A stretch of DNA of 64,000 nt, taken from assembly GCF_964355755.1 (NCBI RefSeq), contig NC_092674.1, positions 12,772,001 to 12,836,000 of the forward strand, read 5' to 3'. The translations under genes and the position numbers were made by a program. The stretch's first letter is position 1; each line of letters begins with the position of its first letter. The DNA comes from Antedon mediterranea (lineage: Eukaryota; Animalia; Echinodermata). Positions 56,401 through 64,000 of the stretch are shown piece after piece. The notes under the pieces are model-generated. The model made no database searches. It had not been told where the DNA came from and was given only the letters and a program-made list of their open reading frames with translations.

Positions 56401-57238
56401 CATGTCGAGTTCTGGTAATGTGTGATACTTTCAGGAATGAATCGGCTGTTCCAGATGAAGCAACGTCAGATTCAGTGAGAGCCGTTGTCCAAACTGACTC
56501 ATCTAATAAATCGCCAACAGTGTTCCATAGCTCCTTCTCAATGTGCAGTCCGCCCATCATAACTACGTAGACTTTCTCACCATAGAGATCTGGCCATTTC
56601 CATTTTTAAATTTGACCGTCATCTTGAAAATGAGTGACCTGAGCAAAATGGCTTGACCAGTATCTGTTTCAGTAACCTCAGATACCTCTGAATTGACACC
56701 TTATTTGTTCATTTATGATTTTTACAGCCTTATATAATATTTCCTTTTTTTGGCAGCCATTTTGAAATTTGGCCGCCATCTTGGAATTGGGTGACCTGAG
56801 CAAAATGGCTTGACCAGCATCTATTACAGTGACCTCAGAAACCCCTGAATTGACACCTCATTTGTTAATTTCTGATTTTTACAGTCTGATATATGACATT
56901 TGATTTTTTTGGCGGCCATTTTAAAATTTAGCCGCCATCTTGAAAATTGGTGGTCTGAGCAACATGACATGACCAGCTTCTGTTTCAGTGACCCCCAGAA
57001 ACCCTGACATTGACACCCCATTTGTTGATTTATGAGTCTTACAGCCAGATATATGGCATTTCCTTTTTTCTGGCGGCCATCTTGGATTTTGGCCGCCATC
57101 TTGGAAAATCGGACCCGATCAAGTGGGTTCTACGGATAAAATCAATAGATAGGTCGAAAGGAAACTCCATGCCAAATTTGGTACTTTTGTCCGGCCGGTA
57201 ACGTTAATCCTGAAAATTGTTGCTAAGCCACCTGACTA
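53475..57238 (-). mobile_element. Academ-superfamily DNA transposon, internally deleted and decayed
   Basis: TIRs >500 bp beginning TAGTCAGGTGGCTTAGCAA, with CAAGATGGCGGCC sub-repeats; 3-bp TSD TAA (53472-53474, 57239-57241); contains a transposase remnant. Confidence 0.8.
54110..56603 (-). pseudogene. Frameshifted, 5'-truncated Academ-type transposase with XPG/PIN-like nuclease motifs and C-terminal Cys cluster
   Basis: ORF fragments with MGGLHIE, RHAHQVT, LDHVNYSRWLPVH, IPIDQVHEQEN, QEEADTRI..H, TVDTDVVV, FHSLSGCDTTSAF.G.GKK, and terminal CGCKRACTVCKCSKANLPCTSLCRC; several frameshifts. Confidence 0.8.
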
Positions 57239-57887
57239 TAATAGTAACCCTTCCAATAGTAACCCACCCTAAAAAACAATCAAAGAATAATAACCCAGAG
57301 TTACAATTAGAACTGCAAACCATAATAGTAGGTAACATTTGTAATTGAGGGCGTTTTATTTGACACGACAAAGCATGTGAACTCCCCAAAAATGTACCGT
57401 ATTATAATGTAGTATATTTTAAATGTTGACATGACATAATAAACATTGAAAGTTCTTTCTAACAGAGTTTTTTCTCGCGTTACTCGGATGTTGTAATTAA
57501 TTTTTGTTTTATTTATTGTAATGCGCCGTGTTCTTTATATATTTGATTGTATATTGTTTTTCAATAAGCCGTGTGGAGGATTCAGGTAATATCTCTTTAA
57601 AGGGTAACACCGCGGCTTTAAAATGTATATTACTTATTATACAGATTGTAGAAATGTATGTACTGTTTTATCTGGTTCGGTAGTAAGTGGGTAGAATGAC
57701 TGACAGAATGAAACAAAGTAGTCGGCGTGTAAAACTCAAGGTAACTTTTAATAGGTAATCCTCCACAGTATAGGTGATGAGGTTGCAAATTGACAAGGTG
57801 TCAATGTGGCTATTTGGCAATGTGGGTGTGTGCGTGTGCGTGTGCGTGTGTTCATTCATCACTACAAATACAAAATAAATGGTATAC

Positions 57888-58046
57888 AAATAATGAATGT
57901 TTATGAGTGCAATGGTACAAATAATGGCACGAGGTGAATGATGAAAGGTTATATCAACGAGGCAAAGCCGAGTTGATATAACCTTTCATCATTCACCAAG
58001 TGCCATTATTTGTACCATTACACGAATACAAAACATTCATTATTTG
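57888..58046. repeat. Near-perfect hairpin MITE-like element
   Basis: ...gtgaatgatgaaaggttatatcaac GAGGCAAAGCCGA gttgatataacctttcatcattcac... with ~70-bp arms. Confidence 0.7.
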
Positions 58047-58597
58047 TTTTATATAACATCTAGACGTTTTTTTTTTGTACACAAAAATGTTTCAAAAAGT
58101 ACTATTTAACGATCGTTGAATAGTGCGTACTATTGCACGCCATGTGACCCACATTCGTCCAATCAAATGACAGGAATTTATATAGGTGTTATATAAAAAC
58201 GGATAAGTAACAATAGTACCGGCAATATTAGCATACGGGTCACGTGACCCAAACTGTCCGAGCGAGAGAGGCTCTCGCAGAGTACAAAACAATGTTAACA
58301 ACGTGCGTCGGCCTAGAGAAGACGTCACCTAAACTGACTAAAAAATTAACTTTTAAAATCTTTTTATCAACAATTACAGCCTATTACCAGGATTCCTGGT
58401 TTATATAAAAACAAGTAATAAGATTAATAATATTTCAGAACTCACCAAAACACTATAATTTACATAATAATATGGTAATTGGAACGCTTCAGGCATGTTT
58501 ATATGACATTAACTGCGAACGGGTGCGCGCACACCATCGTCCGATATTCGAAGCATATTATAATATGCGCCCTCAACGGACGACATAAATCTTTACA

Positions 58598-58778
58598 ACA
58601 CAGATATTGCCTGCTTAGAGGTGAAATATAAGATTTGATAAGTGAATGATATTATGTTCGAGGGAATATATATTTCCTGAAGCGTAGCTGAGGGAAATAT
58701 ATAATTCCTCGAGAACATAATATCATCCCGAGGGGTGTTAAATCTTATATTTTACCGATATAAAAGGCGATATCTGTT
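58598..58778. repeat. Imperfect hairpin MITE-like element
   Basis: acagatattgcc...gggaatatatatttcc TGAAGCGTAGCTGA gggaaatatataattcc...ggcgatatctgt. Confidence 0.6.
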
Positions 58779-59049
58779 ATATTACATAGCCAACAACAAG
58801 TAAAATATCTGCTGGGTCGGGTAGCTAGGCTAGGCCTCTTTTTTGTATTGTATGTAGACAAGCTGCCTAGACACCTTACCTTGCCAAGAATAATATACAG
58901 ATAATTACTAATTACTAATTCCTTGGCAATAAAATATTCACTAGCCTAGGTCATTTAAATAATAATAATAATAACAGAAGCATTTCCATCAATAAGCCTA
59001 CATTATTAATAATACTATTTTCATCAGGTAGACCGAATAAATAATAATT

Positions 59050-59854
59050 CGCCGTGGTTAGGATTCCGGCACCGGAACTCAACTGCCCAGCGTTAGGGAA
59101 TCCGACACGCTATTGCGCATGCCCAGAGCGAGGTAATCGGCGACTCTATACTCTACATCCATCTACAGACTAACAGCAAAGATTACTAAACTCTCTTTGC
59201 TAACAGCGATGGATCAATTAATAGCTGCGCCACGGCAAACGAGCCTAGCCCATTCATATATAAACTTCATATAATTCTGAATTATCATTACATGACTAGT
59301 TTAATGATTTTCAAGTACAAAATAAAAGATTTCATATAACGCATTATACTGTAATAAAATGCACTCGTTCGTATACAAATTTATTTGTTGACGGCAGCCG
59401 CCGCGCGGATATGATGTGAAAAAAAACAGAACTGTTCGGGAAGTCGGGGTCGCAACGCTACGCTATATTCACTTTCGTACATTTCTTGAAATACGCAAGC
59501 GTTTTGCCACTGGGTAGGCCTGTGTTTTTCTCCCATTCCGAACTTCATACTTCCTCTGTCTAATAAAATTACAGCATTACGATTCTTAGATAGATACTGA
59601 TTCTTATAAATATCATAATAATTATTTTAACGCGTGACGTAGGCCAAGTTTAATCCATCGCCCTGTCCCCCTCAAAACGACTAATTAGGCTACAGTAAAT
59701 CCCTATAACAACGTCCGACTCTCGGTGGTGTGGTGTGCGCGGTCTGTGGCACTAGTACAAGCTATAATTAATTCGCTCTGGGCATGCGCAATAGCGTGTC
59801 GGATTCCCTAACGGTGGGCAGTTGAATTCCGGTGCCGGAATCCTAACCACGGCG
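59050..59854. mobile_element. Non-autonomous Mutator-like (MULE) element
   Basis: ~80-bp near-perfect TIRs (CGCCGTGGTTAGGATTCCGGCACCGG...) and 9-bp TSD ATAATAATT (59041-59049, 59855-59863). Confidence 0.75.
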
Positions 59855-61970
59855 ATAATAATTCGTCTTCGAGCCGAATCACCGGATGTTCAGTGCGTCG
59901 CGCGCGTCCCGGTTACTACTGTAAGTATTAACCAATTACAAACGGTCTTTCATCACATCTAGGGAGGACTGATAACAAATTAGGGCGCTATGTATGCATA
60001 GTTGAAATAGTTTAGTTGATTAATTTCTTCAAGCAAGTTCCGTGGCGCAGCGCATGAAGCGTTGTCTTGTGATGGAGTGACAATTTCATCGCGAGTTCAA
60101 GACCAAGAAGATGACTTTTGTTTATTTATCGGCAAACGCGAGTGTTACCACACGAAAATTACACAGTCAATATCATCGTACTCGAGAATTTGCTGGATTT
60201 TATATGTTTAATGACAGGGACACGATAATTACGCGAAAATTACTCAGTCAATATCATCGTACTCGAGGATATATACGATTTACGATCCTCGCAGAAGTAG
60301 TCATGTGATGCAGTTTCAACCAACCACGTTCACGTATTTACATAGGCTATGTAATATTATAAAATATAAACCTTTTAATCAACATTGGTAATAACCGTGC
60401 TTAATTTTAGACAGCACTCGGGCAAAAGTTAAGTAGCTTCCTTCTTTAAAAAAAGAAGTTGTTCTGTAAGACATTACCACAGTACGCGTGTGAAGTGGAA
60501 CTAATTCGCCTTAAAATACTAGTTTAAAAATATCATAATTAAAGTCAAGACTTTTAAATATCTGATAATTAGAGATGTGCGCGCGTGCAAATTAACCATC
60601 TAAATTAATATTTATTTACTAAAGCTAACATTATGTTCTCTTTTCGAGAAACGTTGTTTTTATGGTCTATTAGTGATTGGTGAAACTTCACACTAACGAT
60701 TATTGAAAAAGATAGTTTTAGTATTGATATAATGTAAATGAGGTGTAGTAGTATGCCACATGTATGCAACATTTTAATTTATTGATGATGAAAATTATAT
60801 TATTATTATAACCAAATTAGTCATGATATACGATGATTATAAATCAGTTATAAGGTATAGTAGTATTATATTATTATTGTAACCGAATTAACATTTTTGT
60901 TATAGAATACAAATACTGGTACGTAATGGCCGACACTCCACACTAAACATGGCCGTGCATTTAATACAAAACATTGTATTACATTGACAATTTAGAATGT
61001 TATAATGTACTTGGTATCGAAACTATACCGAATGACCAAAAGGTGACATACACTTTTGTCAAATCATATCCTGTTTTGAATCGTTGAATATATTTAAACT
61101 ATGAAACTTTTTAGACATAATATTGTTTGTACATCATACGTATGGTGTAGTCATTTATTTGTTTGTCATTGAAAGTAATGGTAATGTATAATTTGTATAT
61201 TGTCCCATATCGTTTATGAACGCGTTATAATTTTGATTCTGTTTTTGTTTTATGTGTAAAATTGAAGATCGAAATAATTAAAATGTTAGAATTAATCGTG
61301 ATCTTTGAAATTATAATCATGAATATTGTCTCCATGTTAATAATTTAAAGTAATAGTTTTTAAAATGTTATATGTCATTTGACCCAGGCCTAAATAATAT
61401 GAAAGAAATCTTTAAAAAAAAATAGTACATACATATATATATAATCCGAATGTGCATGTATATTGCTATGATATACATAATTAAATGACTTTCTCTCTGG
61501 GCTTCCGATTTAAGTGAAGTAGACATTATTTTATTATGACCTACAGTAGTAACGTTCTACTGCTATTTTTTATTTAAGTTAATCATGTTCCTTTGTAATC
61601 AGTGCTACTAATCACCAACATGTGACATGTGTGTATAGCATGTCCCCCGGATGTCGACGCATGTGCTGGGCCAACTTCTAAATATATTTACTATATAAAT
61701 ACTTCATACAGAGGGACACCGCCAGATTAAGTGCGTCCTATCACTAGTAAGTAACTTGATTCATATTTCTAACTACAGGACAGCTATTGACGCGTAAACC
61801 ACAATGAAAATGAGTTTGTCAATTAGTAGACATTTTACTGTAATATTAAATATATTTGTTACTAGACATTAGTTTGATAAAATATATTCTACAAAATTAG
61901 TAGGCCTAATCGTTTTCCCCTAATAAATTAAGGGGGTGGGGGACACGTGTTTGTTTATGAGTGAGAATCA

Positions 61971-62179
61971 ATAAGGCATTTAGTTAAAATGCAGACCGTC
62001 TTAAATTACTTGACATGTTCCGATAAATATATTCGCATCATCAGAATTGTAATCAAAGCCAAGAATACTTGTATACGTACAAAGTTGCGTTTAAATGAGT
62101 CAATAATTAGAATGAGAATAGATTTATCGAAACATGTCAAGTAATTTTAAGACGGCCCACATTTTCATTAAATGCCTTA
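61971..62179. repeat. Small inverted-repeat element (MITE-like)
   Basis: ataaggcattta...ccgtcttaaattacttgacatgtt mirrored by aacatgtcaagtaattttaagacgg...taaatgccttat. Confidence 0.65.
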
Positions 62180-63497
62180 TGATATTATTGATTATCAATC
62201 GTAATTTGGTGGTATTATACATGATGTGCCTGTTTATGTACAGTGAAAGAGCTTATTTTAGTATCCTATAATAGTAATATATTTTCTATATAGGAGAATA
62301 TGGTATTTCAAATCAGGTACAAAAGCCGACGATCCAAGCGAATTACATGTTTAAGTTTTAAAAAAATCGGAAAACATTCATTTCTTATTTTCAAAACACC
62401 TTGCAAATCGACGCAGTCCGATGGCATTCGTGACTGGCGGAACAACGCAACAAAAATGAAAAACGAAAATGGCATGTTGTGTTTTCTGTAGGCCTATACA
62501 GTAATTAGTTTCTCAGATACCACCGTTGACAGTAGTAGAATTGGGTGTTTATTTCAAGCTCACATAAACGGGCAAAGAAATCCTCGTTATTAAAAAAAAC
62601 ATTTAAACTTTTTCACTATAGTATATTTAAATTATCTACTTATTAATTTATTTATATAATGTTTTCTCTTTTTACTTGGTTATTTAAAACAAACGGAAAA
62701 CATTCAAGTTGAAATTTGTTATGTTAATTATACCCACAGATTGCACTATTTTCTTTATAGTTAATTAGGTACTCTTTTCGTACTGTTGGGAATTTCAGTT
62801 CAATTATTTTCCAAAATAGTGGTACACAACAATGAAAGAAAATGTGAAAACAACATTTTTGTTACGTTCTTGTCATTAGAAATATTCTTGCAACTGAGGT
62901 GAACTTTGAAAATGCCGGTCAGATATAAAAAAAAAAAACAGTTACAAGGAATAAATTAGCAATTGTCACTGCATACTCATCCATCAAACTAGCCGCCATC
63001 GAGCAAATATTCAATTCCATGAATCTTATGAGGGTTAGTTTTATAGGAACAATGGTACTTTTTTTATTTGTTTTGGCAATTAATGCAATTAAAGCGTAAT
63101 TAATTCGTCATATTCCATTTGGAATACTACTACCTGTAAAATGACTAGAATGTTCTGATTTGTTAATTTTTAAATTATATTATATACAGAATTATATATT
63201 ATCTAAAATGTTCGGGTAGCTCCCATGCATGCGGCTTTTGGCCTTAATGGAAGTCCTTTTGTATATTTTTTTCTTTTTTTACAGTATAATTTAATTTTGT
63301 TTAAACTACAGGCGTGGCCCGTGAAAAAAAAATCAAAATATATGTGTCGCCATCAACGGCAAATATTGGAGCAGAGCAAAAACTACATCAACCAGGAAAT
63401 CACGAAATTAATTTTATACCGCGGACGATTGAAAATCTGCCGATTAAATCAGAAAGGTTGTTTTAAAACCTTTCTGCCTAAGAGAGAAATATTATTA

Positions 63498-63596
63498 AAT
63501 CTACGTTTCGCGGTACATCTGAGATAGATAATGTAGGTATGCAAGGCGGAAATCTTTTTCCATTGTGTTCAAAAGTAACCATAATTGAAGTATAGA
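63498..63596 (-). mobile_element. Helitron family C 5' fragment
   Basis: Similar to 46579-46700 (aaatct..tttcgcggtacatct...caaggcgga...tttttccattgtg...aaccataatt...tataga). Confidence 0.6.
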
Positions 63597-64000
63597 TACA
63601 CTAACATCGTGGAGCACATTTAGCTCGTAGTATCATGTACGTGCACATAGCATCGCATTGGTAAGTCACAAACATATTAGTGAAATGCACAACACTGCAG
63701 TAATAGTTATTAATTCATAAAGGTTATGAAATAATCAAATTAAACAAAGGTCTATCCTTACACGTACGAAAAAAACACCAACAGTTATCTAACAACACGT
63801 ATTCCTTACTTTTGCGAAAACACTGAAAGAACGAATGATTACATATTATGCTTAATTCTGGAATAGGTATGCACAATGTAAAACGCATAGCACCAACTCC
63901 GTGTCGGTTTTTACAACAGCTGTTCCATGCGTCTAATGTCTTAGAAAAGATAGTATTAGTGTTTTTAATGTCATCGGTAGACTTTTAACAGTCACCGGTA

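Larger units (their letters stand above)
47020..57640. repeat. Diverged tandem duplication of an ankyrin exon with its flanking introns (~47020-49580 vs ~51978-57640)
   Basis: Colinear matches at 47030/51985, 47283/52225 (exon), 48075/52478, 48450/52642, 49005/52968, 49268/57322 and 49543/57602. The second copy is interrupted by a ~4.1-kb insertion. Confidence 0.8.

Overview
AT-rich eukaryotic (metazoan, probably marine invertebrate) genomic DNA with spliceosomal introns. Two convergent genes can be reconstructed by hand. (1) A + strand SLC22-family organic cation transporter, 9 exons in view (842-6801, first exon upstream of the window), carries two independent frameshifts and looks pseudogenised. 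(2) A - strand multi-exon ROCO gene (22 exons reconstructed, 52323->8426, one continuous ~1001-aa frame, 5' end not found) has the architecture ankyrin repeats - Roc GTPase - COR - death domain, with each ankyrin repeat on its own 99-nt phase-0 exon. The ROCO introns are packed with transposons: a 7.1-kb non-coding palindrome with ~3.46-kb arms, an Academ-type DNA transposon with a decayed transposase and a non-autonomous relative, several non-autonomous Helitrons, Harbinger- and MULE-like MITEs, Deu-domain SINEs and 5S rRNA-derived sequences. All calls are from manual reading; no database searches were run.
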